A DNA stretch of 64,000 nucleotides from Candidatus Tanganyikabacteria bacterium (GTDB taxonomy: Bacteria > Cyanobacteriota > Sericytochromatia > S15B-MN24 > VGJW01), in NCBI GenBank assembly GCA_016867265.1, contig VGJW01000015.1:1056-65055 (forward strand). Reading direction: 5' to 3'. This document shows, piece by piece, positions 8,905-17,440 of this stretch. The position numbers and the translations under genes were made by a program. Position 1 is the stretch's first letter. The number at the start of each line of letters is the position of its first letter. The notes under the pieces were generated by a model. It was not told the origin of the DNA and searched no databases. It saw only the letters and a list, made by a program, of their open reading frames with translations.

Positions 8905-9822
8905 TCATGATAGGCCCGCAGGGGCTTCGGGTGAACCCCCCCCGGGGGGTGCTGCGGCGAGGACATCCTCCACCCAGCCCAGCACAAGCGGCCAAAGGAG
9001 CCTGCCGACCCCCTCCGCGAAGTAGGCCACGTGGCCGATCGACGCGAGGCCCAACTCCCGGGGCACGACTGTGATGTAACGAACCGGGGCGGCCGTGAGA
9101 CCGGACATGAAAGCCCGGACCGAGGCGGGTGGCGCCCACGGGTCATCCTCGGCTGTCACGGCGACGACAGGTCTCCGGATGGCCGCAAAGCGCACGGTCA
9201 TGCCGGACTCCGGATCATCGAAGAAGTAGCGGGGCAAACCGCACCAACGTCGCCAGTCCCGGTAGACGCCTGCCGGAAGCGGCTCCCCCATGCCCAGCCA
9301 AGGGGACGGGAGATAACCCAGCAGGGCTACCAGCGGTGGCCCTAGCACGGTCCACAACAGATGCAGGCGAGGACGCTCGGACCAATGCATATAGCCCATC
9401 CAGCCCGCCCCGTACCAAAGGCCACGAGGCCCCGCCGTCCGATGGACCTGAGGCACCATGCCCCAGGCCTGCCCTCCGAAGCTGTGCCCGATCATCACGA
9501 CGCGGGGGTGCAGCGCCAGGGCGAGCTCGAGAACGGCCGCGAGATCCAGTTCGGCCCACGCGGTGAAGCTGGCCGGAAAGCCACGCAACACGGCCGGCCG
9601 TGACGCCGCGATGCCCCTGTAGTCAAAGGTCAGGACGGCCATGCCCTGCTCGGCGCACCAGCGTGCGAAGCGTCCGTAGTAGCGCTGGGGCGCGCCCGTT
9701 GCGGGTCCGACCACGAGCAAGGCCCGGGCGACCTGCAGGTCTTCGGGACCGAACAGGCGCGCCGAGAGGCGATAGCCGTCGGCGGCCACGACCTCGAGGG
9801 GTTGCTCAACCACCACGGCCAT
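8905..9822 (-). CDS. alpha/beta-fold hydrolase
   Basis: GHSFGG nucleophile elbow and alpha/beta hydrolase topology. The gene lies 6 nt upstream of rocD. Confidence 0.75.
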   Translation of the reverse strand: MAVVVEQPLEVVAADGYRLSARLFGPEDLQVARALLVVGPATGAPQRYYGRFARWCAEQGMAVLTFDYRGIAASRPAVLRGFPASFTAWAELDLAAVLELALALHPRVVMIGHSFGGQAWGMVPQVHRTAGPRGLWYGAGWMGYMHWSERPRLHLLWTVLGPPLVALLGYLPSPWLGMGEPLPAGVYRDWRRWCGLPRYFFDDPESGMTVRFAAIRRPVVAVTAEDDPWAPPASVRAFMSGLTAAPVRYITVVPRELGLASIGHVAYFAEGVGRLLWPLVLGWVEDVLAAAPPGGGSPEAPAGLS

Positions 9823-9825
9823 GAC

Positions 9826-11034
9826 TCAGGGCAACGACAACCTGAAGGTCACGCTGCGTAGCGGCAGGACTGCCACCAAGGCTTCCGTGAGGGCATCGAC
9901 CGCCACCTGTGGCCGATACTCGATGGGCTCGGACGTCGTGCACCCCGTAACGCTCGCCGTACCCGAATCCGAGCCCGCCACACCATCTAGGTTGCCCGCC
10001 GGCGCCGGCGCGCTGGGCGAGCTATCGGCTGAAGCCGCCTCGAGGGGAGAGGTCGTCGCGAGCCCGCCGGCTGAAGATGCGACATCGTCGGATACAGGCG
10101 CCAGCCGAGTCCCGTCGATCTGCCACCAAGACTTGCCGCCCGGCCCCTGCCGCAAGGTCAGCAACCACGTGCAGTCCTGGACCCGAACAGCCTTGAATAT
10201 CGGCTCACCTTCGACGACAAGCGAAGAGGTTGCGGGGGGACGGGGTGCCCCGTCCGTAGTCGCGCGGTAGCCGCTTGCGTAGGGCTGCAGGAGGGGTGCG
10301 TCGGCTTCCAGGATTTTGCCCGCCAGCGCCAGTGCCCGTTCCGGGGCAACGAGGGCCTTGGCGAGGTCGATCTCGACGAGGTTCGGCGCACCTCCCGAGG
10401 GCTGGTAACCCTCCAGCACATCCACGAAGGCGACGCTCTTGCCAAGCGTCAACCGCGCGTAGCCCTTCTGCTTGCCCAGGACGTGGACCTCGAGCAAGCC
10501 CGGTTCCGAACCGGACTTGCGCCATTGCACCCAGGCAACGCGCCCGAGGCCCAGCGCCCGCTGAACCTCGGCAACCTGCTCCAGCCTGGCCGGCCATGTG
10601 TCCCTGACCGGAAGGTCGGCACGTTGCCAGCCCTCCGCTTGGCTGAATGCGAAGGGAATCGAGGCAAAGCCCGGCTCGATTTCAATCAGGGCCCACTTTT
10701 CGAGTTCGACATCGGGAACCTTGCACGGCAGAGGACCCCGGGGCGACTCCACGCCGCCGGGGTCGGTAGTCTTGTTGAGGGCCGACGTGTTGTTGAGCGC
10801 GGAGGTGTTGTTGAGCGCGGAGGTGTTGTTGAGCGCGGAGGTGTTGTTCAGTGCCCACGTGTTGTTGAGGTCTGCCGGTCGGGCACCGACGACCAATTTC
10901 AGGCCACCACCCGTGCCGCCGATGCCGGTCGCGATCGCACCCTGCTGCAACACCGCGGGCGGCTTGGTCGAAACGTCGACGGCGACACAACCCGACATCA
11001 CGGCCAGACAAACCAGCAGACGAACGGGCTGCAT
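9826..11034 (-). CDS. lipoprotein with tandem NNTSAL hexapeptide repeats
   Basis: Signal peptide plus lipobox (LAVMSGC). The internal ATG at 11034 has GGGGGAG upstream. The product contains (ALNNTS)x5 encoded by an 18-bp DNA repeat. Confidence 0.65.
   Translation of the reverse strand: MQPVRLLVCLAVMSGCVAVDVSTKPPAVLQQGAIATGIGGTGGGLKLVVGARPADLNNTWALNNTSALNNTSALNNTSALNNTSALNKTTDPGGVESPRGPLPCKVPDVELEKWALIEIEPGFASIPFAFSQAEGWQRADLPVRDTWPARLEQVAEVQRALGLGRVAWVQWRKSGSEPGLLEVHVLGKQKGYARLTLGKSVAFVDVLEGYQPSGGAPNLVEIDLAKALVAPERALALAGKILEADAPLLQPYASGYRATTDGAPRPPATSSLVVEGEPIFKAVRVQDCTWLLTLRQGPGGKSWWQIDGTRLAPVSDDVASSAGGLATTSPLEAASADSSPSAPAPAGNLDGVAGSDSGTASVTGCTTSEPIEYRPQVAVDALTEALVAVLPLRSVTFRLSLP
10772..10875. 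repeat. 18-bp tandem repeat (~5.5 copies, gttgttgagcgcggaggt and variants) inside a lipoprotein gene
   Basis: A directly visible in-frame tandem array. End copies are degenerate and the boundaries are approximate. Confidence 0.8.
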
Positions 11035-11190
11035 CTGGATTCTCCCCCACCCTCCGGCCCCGGAGTTACCAGCAGCCTTGTACCGCAAGACGGACTGCAT
11101 CATTCAGCGCGCCGGGGTCCCCGTGTCGCGAAGCGCCACGAAGACCCCGGCCGGGACGTGCCCCATTCAGGACACGGCAGCAGACCCTGC

Positions 11191-13050
11191 CTAAGCGCCT
11201 GTCTTGGTGCCGGCCTCGGCTCCGCCTGCGGCACCTGCGTCACCACCCGTATCCAAGCCGTCGGGGAGAGGCTCCCCGCCATCCGGTCCGGCGGGTTCCT
11301 CAGCCACGGGCTCGCCAGTCGGCGGCTCCTCGGTCACGGGGTCCTCGGCAACCGGTTTCTCGACGACTGGGTCACCAGACGGCACTGGCTCCGTGGGCGG
11401 TTGCGGCTTGGGCTCCTCGGCCACCGGCGGCTCAGGGAAGACACAATCCTCACAAGGCGGTCCGAAAAGCGGCATCCGGTAGTAATAGGTCACCTGCCGG
11501 GGGAGCATGGCAGCCAAGACCTTGCCCGAGACGGCATCCACGGCCGCGGCAAACGGTTGGAGGTAGCTTGCCTTGCGAACTTCCCACCCCGTGATGGGGG
11601 CTCCCGGTCTCGTGACACCCACGGAGGGGGACGTCATGGTCGGCAGTGCCAACGGCACGTCCCGGACCGGGTAGACCGGAATGGAACCCTCTGCGTCGGC
11701 ATCGCCCGGGGCAGGCAAACCGACATAGCCTTCCTGGGCATCCGGGGCACCGGCATCGATGGGCATTGGCGCTTCGGACGACGTGTCGCCACCCTCCGCG
11801 GCCAAATCCTGAACCCGACGATAAACGGCCTCCTTCGTCACGGGGTAGGCACCATCGGAGGAACCCGAGCCGATGGCCGACTCCATCGCCTCATACGGGT
11901 AGGCGTTGACCAACCAGATGAGCTGACCGGATGCGGCCTTCTGCAGCGTGACGTGCCAGCCGGTACCGGCGGGCAACTCGCTAAGGACCGACTTGACCGG
12001 CTGCGGCAGGTCGGGCATGGGCGGCATCGTGACGCTCGGCGAATCCGTTCCGGAATCGGGTGGCAAGGGCCCCCAGATCGAGATGGGCTCACTTGGCATC
12101 GTGCTGTCGCCACCCTCCACGGTGCCGACGACGGCTTCACCCTGCACACGGCGCATCATCGGGACAGGCTTGCTGACAATGGCATCACCTGCGGGCTCCG
12201 ACCCGGTTGAACCGGACACGGCCCCGGGTTCGCCCTTGGGCATCGGGAACAGGTCATCGCCAAACGGCATGTCCTGCAACGATCCCTCGGCAAGGCGGGC
12301 CCGCAGGGCGGCAACGGCCTCCATCGGACTGACCTTGACGGCATCGAGGTCCAACGAGGCCTCCATCGGAACGACGGCGCCTGCCTGCTCCGCGACATAG
12401 GACAGATCGGCCCCGTCAGGCGTCACGACGACCTGGGCGAAGCCTCCCTTGGCACCGGCAAAGGCAAAGGACCAGACTGGATTGGGCTCCAGCTGGCCGC
12501 CCACGGCAAAGGGCCTCGCGTCATCGAGGACCGAAGCAAGCTTGCGGGCAATGAGCGAGGCCTCGCCAAAGTCCTTGGATCCGAAATCCAGGTGCATGCC
12601 CTGCCAGCTGTCCTCGAGAAGCGGCGGTGCAGGCATCGAAGCCATGGGTGGCAGGGCATCCGCCTCGGGCATGGGCTTGGGCGCGAAGCCGGGTTGAGGC
12701 AACCGGGAGGGAACGCCCGCATGTACCGAACCGTCCGCACCCGCCGGCAACGAGGCACCCCCATTGGGCTCTCTGCGGCCCGCCCCGCCCGCCGTCGGCG
12801 CCTGCAAGACATTGCCTGAGGGGCGCGCCACCTTGCCCACCTTGGCCGACACGTCCACGGCAGCAAGCCGGGCCAACAGGTTCGCGGCGATGTCCGACGG
12901 AGTCGCGGGACCCTTGTTCGCATCCGTCCCCGCCGCGTCGGACGCCTTGCCGTCGACCGCCGGATTGGTCGCCAGCAAGGCCTTGACCGCCTGGCCATCG
13001 CACCCCGTCAATGATGCCAGCAGAAGGGCCCTGACCACATGCCGTCTCAC
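11191..13050 (-). CDS. large secreted lipoprotein with Pro/Glu-rich repetitive C-terminus (hypothetical)
   Basis: GTG start at 13050 with GGAGG 8 nt upstream. The signal peptide with lipobox is (V)RRHVVRALLLASLTGC. The C-terminus has EPV/EEP periodicity. The ORF-track M at 13173 is unlikely. Confidence 0.6.
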   Translation of the reverse strand: MRRHVVRALLLASLTGCDGQAVKALLATNPAVDGKASDAAGTDANKGPATPSDIAANLLARLAAVDVSAKVGKVARPSGNVLQAPTAGGAGRREPNGGASLPAGADGSVHAGVPSRLPQPGFAPKPMPEADALPPMASMPAPPLLEDSWQGMHLDFGSKDFGEASLIARKLASVLDDARPFAVGGQLEPNPVWSFAFAGAKGGFAQVVVTPDGADLSYVAEQAGAVVPMEASLDLDAVKVSPMEAVAALRARLAEGSLQDMPFGDDLFPMPKGEPGAVSGSTGSEPAGDAIVSKPVPMMRRVQGEAVVGTVEGGDSTMPSEPISIWGPLPPDSGTDSPSVTMPPMPDLPQPVKSVLSELPAGTGWHVTLQKAASGQLIWLVNAYPYEAMESAIGSGSSDGAYPVTKEAVYRRVQDLAAEGGDTSSEAPMPIDAGAPDAQEGYVGLPAPGDADAEGSIPVYPVRDVPLALPTMTSPSVGVTRPGAPITGWEVRKASYLQPFAAAVDAVSGKVLAAMLPRQVTYYYRMPLFGPPCEDCVFPEPPVAEEPKPQPPTEPVPSGDPVVEKPVAEDPVTEEPPTGEPVAEEPAGPDGGEPLPDGLDTGGDAGAAGGAEAGTKTGA

Positions 13051-13131
13051 GTTCCGACCTCCTCGGCCATTGGCCTTTGAACCGCCTAGGTATTCCTGTA
13101 CCCGTCTCGTTCGTTTACAACACACAAGCAC

Positions 13132-13159
13132 TTGAAAATGTAAACTTTTCTTGTATACT
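13132..13159 (+). promoter_or_regulatory. sigma-70-like promoter TTGAAA-N16-TATACT giving a near-leaderless transcript for the HTH-TPR regulator
   Basis: An AT-rich island in a 70% GC background. The -10 ends 12 nt before the ATG at 13172, and there is no SD. Confidence 0.5.
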
Positions 13160-13171
13160 TCGTCAAGCACC

Positions 13172-14308
13172 ATGTCGGAATCCTTGGACCAAGAACCTGC
13201 GAGCGGCCCCGAACGGCCCTTCGGGGAGGCCTTGGTCGGCCTGATGGGGACACGAGGCCTGGACTACCGCACCCTGGGCAGACTCGTGGGCGTATCCCAC
13301 GCCCACCTCTGGCAACTGGTTCGCGCCTCCCGAGAAGCCGCACGGACCGGAACCGTGCCCGCGCGGCGGCCAACGAGCGACTTGATTCATCGTCTCTGCG
13401 AGGTCCTCGAGGTCACGGCCGAGGCCCTCGGGGGTGATCCCGAAGCGCCCGGCGACACTCGGAACAGGCAGTTGCCCCCGGTCCTCACCCACGCGCCCCT
13501 GCGGCCCGAGGCCCCGGGACGATTCGAGGCCGGCCTCGCCAGCCTGCGCCAAGGCCAGCCGGATCGGGCCATCCTGCTCCTCCGCAAGGCCACTCGGGAT
13601 GGGGAAGTCTCGCTGGCCCTCGCAGAGGCCGGGTTGGGTGTCGCCTACCTGAAAGCCGGTCGGCCGGTTGAAGCCGAGCGTGCCTTTACGGCAGCAATGG
13701 AACACCTTGAGGATCGGACGGAGGCATCCCCGAAACGTGCCGACCTCCTGTACGACCGCGGTCTGGCCCGCCAGGAACTGGGTCACCATGGCGCCGCCTG
13801 CGCAGACTTCAAGGCCGCCATCGCCGCAGGTCTCGACCAACCGGACCGTGCCCTTGCCGGTCATTGCTACAGCGGCTTGGCCCTCGGGCGCTGGCGCGCC
13901 GTAACGCGAGACGTCCTCGCCTGGACCGGGCGTCCCGAGGCCGAGCAGGTCCATGCGACCTCGTCGCTGGACCTGCGTGCCTACGGGGCCTATGCCATGA
14001 GCCGCCTCGGCCAGCATGCGGCGGCCCTCGCCATGGTCGACACCGTGGTCCTGCTCTGCCCGACCTACTGGTATGGCCTGTACGTGCGTGCCGCGGTGCG
14101 CGCGCGGGCAGCGGCGCGGGCACGCCCATCCGGTGTGGTGGCGCGCATGCTCGTCGAGAGTTGCCTTGCCGATGCCGTCCGAATCCTGCGAATCAATCCG
14201 GAGGCCCGGGACATCCTGCTCCGGGACGATGATGCCGACTTCACCAGCGTGGCGGCATTGCCGGCTTGGCAGAGCCTGCTCGAACGATCCGAGGTTCCCG
14301 ACCGATGA
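13172..14308 (+). CDS. transcriptional regulator, N-terminal HTH (XRE-like) plus TPR repeats
   Basis: An HTH-like N-terminus (LDYRTLGRLVGVSHAHLWQLV) followed by TPR-like helical repeats. The start was moved to ATG 13172 because the ORF-track TTG at 13151 would lie inside the -10 box. Confidence 0.65.
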   Translation: MSESLDQEPASGPERPFGEALVGLMGTRGLDYRTLGRLVGVSHAHLWQLVRASREAARTGTVPARRPTSDLIHRLCEVLEVTAEALGGDPEAPGDTRNRQLPPVLTHAPLRPEAPGRFEAGLASLRQGQPDRAILLLRKATRDGEVSLALAEAGLGVAYLKAGRPVEAERAFTAAMEHLEDRTEASPKRADLLYDRGLARQELGHHGAACADFKAAIAAGLDQPDRALAGHCYSGLALGRWRAVTRDVLAWTGRPEAEQVHATSSLDLRAYGAYAMSRLGQHAAALAMVDTVVLLCPTYWYGLYVRAAVRARAAARARPSGVVARMLVESCLADAVRILRINPEARDILLRDDDADFTSVAALPAWQSLLERSEVPDR

Positions 14309-14676
14309 CCAGACTCCGCGGCGGCGCGCTCATCGTCCTGCTGACCGGCTGCATCGTACGTGGGCCGGTCGAACCCATCGTGCCTGTCCTGCCAGCCCTG
14401 ACCGCAGGGAGCGGCGCCTCCGCGGCCCCCGAACGCCAGGCCCCCGCAGCCTCCGACAACCAGCAGGCAGATCCGGCCTCTGCCCGATCCGATCTGGCCC
14501 CGGGCGCAGGCATCCCCCTCGCCCACCCGGTGGCCGGCGGCGCAGCAGGTACACCGCTGGCCAGCCCCTCTGCGGAACCATCACCCTCAGCGAGGCCTTC
14601 ACCTTCCGCCCCCACGCCCGCACCCACCGACGAGACGCCACTTCCCTCTCCGACTCCCGGACCGGATGCGCCTTGA
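14305..14676 (+). CDS. small Pro-rich lipoprotein
   Basis: Its ATG overlaps the regulator stop (ATGA). The lipobox is LLTGC and the C-terminus is a PSPSAPTPAPT low-complexity tail. Confidence 0.5.
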   Translation: MTRLRGGALIVLLTGCIVRGPVEPIVPVLPALTAGSGASAAPERQAPAASDNQQADPASARSDLAPGAGIPLAHPVAGGAAGTPLASPSAEPSPSARPSPSAPTPAPTDETPLPSPTPGPDAP

Positions 14677-14690
14677 GGTAGGCTGGAGCC

Positions 14691-15146
14691 ATGCAAGCTC
14701 CCGACCTCGCCAAGTCCTGCCCACGCAGCCCCCTCGACCGTTTGGGCGACCTGCCGTGGCTGCCACGCCTCATCGACAAGGCGCGTGCCCATCTGGCCGG
14801 CACGATGGGCGATTATATCCCCTATCCCTGCGGCGGGGATCAGCGTTTCCTCGACACGTTCGGCCTCGATGCCAACGCATTGCTGGGGGTGATCGGACAA
14901 GGCCTGTCCGACGAGGCCGTGGCCGAGTGGGTCCGTCTTGAAGCCACCGAGGACCTGCAAGAAGGGGTCCGTGTCCTGCTGGCCCACTTCGAGGCACCCA
15001 TCCCCCCTGATGACGCCGATCGCCTGTTCCGTCTGCAGCAAGCCCGTGCCGAGTTGCAGCAGGCGCGACCAGACCTCGACCTAACATGGGTCGACAACTT
15101 CACCAAGCTGATTCTCGCCGAAGAGGGCCATCCCCGCTTGGCCTGA
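14691..15146 (+). CDS. DUF5069-family protein
   Basis: DLPWLPRLIDKAR...YPCG...FGLD motifs match my memory of the DUF5069 family. Confidence 0.6.
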   Translation: MQAPDLAKSCPRSPLDRLGDLPWLPRLIDKARAHLAGTMGDYIPYPCGGDQRFLDTFGLDANALLGVIGQGLSDEAVAEWVRLEATEDLQEGVRVLLAHFEAPIPPDDADRLFRLQQARAELQQARPDLDLTWVDNFTKLILAEEGHPRLA

Positions 15147-15151
15147 AGGAT

Positions 15152-15181
15152 TTTACAAAACCTAAACGAAAACACTACAAT
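15152..15181 (+). promoter_or_regulatory. putative sigma-70 promoter TTTACA-N18-TACAAT upstream of the yceI-like gene
   Basis: A 77-nt AT-rich intergenic island containing both hexamers. Confidence 0.4.
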
Positions 15182-15229
15182 TAGGTACGTCTTCCTTAGC
15201 CCGAGCGGGTCTGATTCGGAAACTTGCTG

Positions 15230-15967
15230 ATGCGCCATCTTTCGCCCGTACCCGTGCTCGCCACGGTCCTGTTTCCGCTCGTGGCCTGTGGCTCGGGCCT
15301 TTCCCCCCGACCAGGGACCATCGTCACCCCCGAGCAGCCTGCGGCGTCGCTACCGCCGCGCGCGGACCAACCCGGGCAACCGGCCGGCGATGCCTTCGTG
15401 TCGCGGCCGGGCGCTGAAAGCGACCTGCTGGTGCGCGTCTGGCGCGACGGCCTCGCCGGTGCGCTTGCCCATGACCACGTCATCGAAGCGACATCCTTTC
15501 GGGGCGATGTCGTCGTACCGCGACAACCCGGGGATATGGCCGCCGTCAGCTTCGACGTCGATGCCCGAAGCCTTCGCCCCGACCGTCCCGACCTGCGTCG
15601 CAAGGTCGGCCTTCCCGGTACTTTGTCGGAGGGCGATCGCAATACAGTCCTCGATCACATGCAGGATGCCAGCCAACTCGATGTCGCGCGCCACCCCTCG
15701 ATCCGATTCCGGTCGAGCCGCGTTCTGCCCCTCGGGAACGGCCTGTGGGATGTAGAGGGCAACTTCACGCTGCACGGCGTGACGAGACCGCTCCGCGCCC
15801 GGATGACGGTCGCCCAGGAGGGAGGCCGCCTGAGGGCTCGGGGCAGCTTCCGCCTCCTGACCAGCAACTACGGTATCCGGCCCTACGAGGCGTTGGGCGG
15901 CCTGCTCAAGAACAAGGACCAGATCGACATCCAGCTCGATCTGGCCCTGGATCCCGCAAGGCCCTGA
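15230..15967 (+). CDS. YceI-family periplasmic lipoprotein
   Basis: Lipobox LVACGS, and a YceI-like beta-barrel signature (AHDHVIEA...VSFDVDARSL...HPSIRFRS...FTLHGVTRPL). Confidence 0.75.
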   Translation: MRHLSPVPVLATVLFPLVACGSGLSPRPGTIVTPEQPAASLPPRADQPGQPAGDAFVSRPGAESDLLVRVWRDGLAGALAHDHVIEATSFRGDVVVPRQPGDMAAVSFDVDARSLRPDRPDLRRKVGLPGTLSEGDRNTVLDHMQDASQLDVARHPSIRFRSSRVLPLGNGLWDVEGNFTLHGVTRPLRARMTVAQEGGRLRARGSFRLLTSNYGIRPYEALGGLLKNKDQIDIQLDLALDPARP

Positions 15968-15968
15968 C

Positions 15969-16577
15969 CTACAGCGGCGCGTAGATACCGATGACGTGAC
16001 GGTTGCCCGGCGGGAAGTTGGCTCGGCCGCCGTAGCTCATCTCACCGTCGTTCAGGAAGCGGCCGCCCCCCATCGCCACGGCGATGTCGCCGGCCACCGG
16101 GTGCGCCGTACCCGGCGTTCCAGGCCGGACGACGACAATCGCGCCCTTGGGTGCGTCGTAAGGGTTGTCGATGGGCAGGAGCTGCATCCCGAGTCGTTTC
16201 GCATTGTCGCCGGCGTTCAGGTACTCGCCGAACTGGCGCGCATAGGCCGAATGCGAGTCGGGGATGCTTGACGGCGTCAGCTTGGCATAGCCGGACGCCA
16301 TCAGATGACCCCAGACCTCGCGGTAACACCAGCCATCGGGAGACTTTCCGCCCGCCCTGGAGTTGGCCACGCGGGCCAGACGCTCCATGTCGGCACGACC
16401 TTCCGGAGAGATGCCCGAAGCTGCGGCCTGCGACAGTTTCAAGCTGTCGGCAATCATACGCTCGATCTCCCGCTCGCCGCGCCCGGGGCCAGCCCCGGGT
16501 TGCTCACCAGGACCGAACGGCAAATGCACGAGCCGCGCCTTGAGTGCGCCTTGGTTGAAGCGATCCAGCGGTTCCAT
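15969..16577 (-). CDS. hypothetical protein; possible Cys/His hydrolase fold (CHAP/NlpC-P60-like), uncertain
   Basis: Conserved-looking GWCYREVWGHL ... GDIAV ... H...GIY spacing resembles papain-like PG hydrolases. There is no signal peptide. Confidence 0.45.
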   Translation of the reverse strand: MEPLDRFNQGALKARLVHLPFGPGEQPGAGPGRGEREIERMIADSLKLSQAAASGISPEGRADMERLARVANSRAGGKSPDGWCYREVWGHLMASGYAKLTPSSIPDSHSAYARQFGEYLNAGDNAKRLGMQLLPIDNPYDAPKGAIVVVRPGTPGTAHPVAGDIAVAMGGGRFLNDGEMSYGGRANFPPGNRHVIGIYAPL

Positions 16578-16693
16578 GAGACGCCCCCCTGCAGATAGAG
16601 ACCACGGTTTCCCCCCCCGGGAAACGGGGCCTGCCCAACGTGTCTATCGTGGAGAATGTCGTGTGGCTGGCGCGCCTCGACGCTAACTCATGT

Positions 16694-17392
16694 TTAAGGT
16701 TTGACGGCCTGGCCAACCGCTACAGGCAGCTTGTCGAAGACATAGCCACCCTTGCGCGCGCCCCAGACCTGCCGGCCAGATGCATCGTAGCCCCGGTCCC
16801 AGGAGATCACGCGGCGTCCGTCGACGGAGACCTCGCTGGTCGCATATGTGGCGCCGTTGATGTCGCTGCCGCAAGCGAGGCCTTCGGTCCCGCCGACATA
16901 GCCCGCGGCTGTGCGCGCCAGAAACACCCCGCAGCCCGCCCGGTCGTTCAGCGACGCAGGGTTCAGGGACGGCAAGGGGTTGGCAGACTTCCAAGCTCCG
17001 ATGGCCGCGTCCGGATCGGGCAGGGTGAAGATCGCACTCTCGAAACGGTCTGCGGCGACGCGCGTCAACCTGTAGACGCGCTGGCGGTAGGGCGCGTCCA
17101 AGTGGGTCGCCATGGCCTGCTCGACATAGAGCCAGACCGCGTCGCTGCGCCATCGCCAGATCCGGGCGATGTGCAGGCGCACGTCGAAGAACGCCGGGTC
17201 GGCGATGGATTGCGCCGTGCTGGCATAGGAGCCGGCCATCCAGCTGCCGAGCTTGACCAACTCCGCATCACGGACGGTCTCGCTGCCCGGCACGGCGGCC
17301 GCCGCTGGGGACCCGGCAGAGGCGGCGGCCAACGGGGCAGCAACGCCACATCCAACGAGCAGAACGGTAGGCAGGAAAGGAATTATGCGCAT
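16694..17392 (-). CDS. DUF1001 (CpcT/CpeT-like) lipoprotein
   Basis: Lipobox LLVGCG. GSYASTAQS...RIWRWRSDAVWLYVEQA...PYRQRVYRL matches the CpcT/CpeT bilin-lyase-like family. Confidence 0.6.
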   Translation of the reverse strand: MRIIPFLPTVLLVGCGVAAPLAAASAGSPAAAAVPGSETVRDAELVKLGSWMAGSYASTAQSIADPAFFDVRLHIARIWRWRSDAVWLYVEQAMATHLDAPYRQRVYRLTRVAADRFESAIFTLPDPDAAIGAWKSANPLPSLNPASLNDRAGCGVFLARTAAGYVGGTEGLACGSDINGATYATSEVSVDGRRVISWDRGYDASGRQVWGARKGGYVFDKLPVAVGQAVKP

Positions 17393-17440
17393 GATGGTTA
17401 AAGTCAACCATGCGCCGTCGCTGTTAAGGAATTGACAACC

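Noticed and set aside
13151-13171. TTG start at 13151 for the HTH-TPR regulator.
   Set aside because: The TATACT -10 hexamer of a near-consensus promoter lies inside these codons. The ATG at 13172 is the likely start.
16590-16625. Small hairpin (gtttccc-ccccc-gggaaac) between the DUF1001 and CHAP-like genes.
   Set aside because: Only a 7-bp stem with no U-tract in either orientation. It is too weak to call a terminator.
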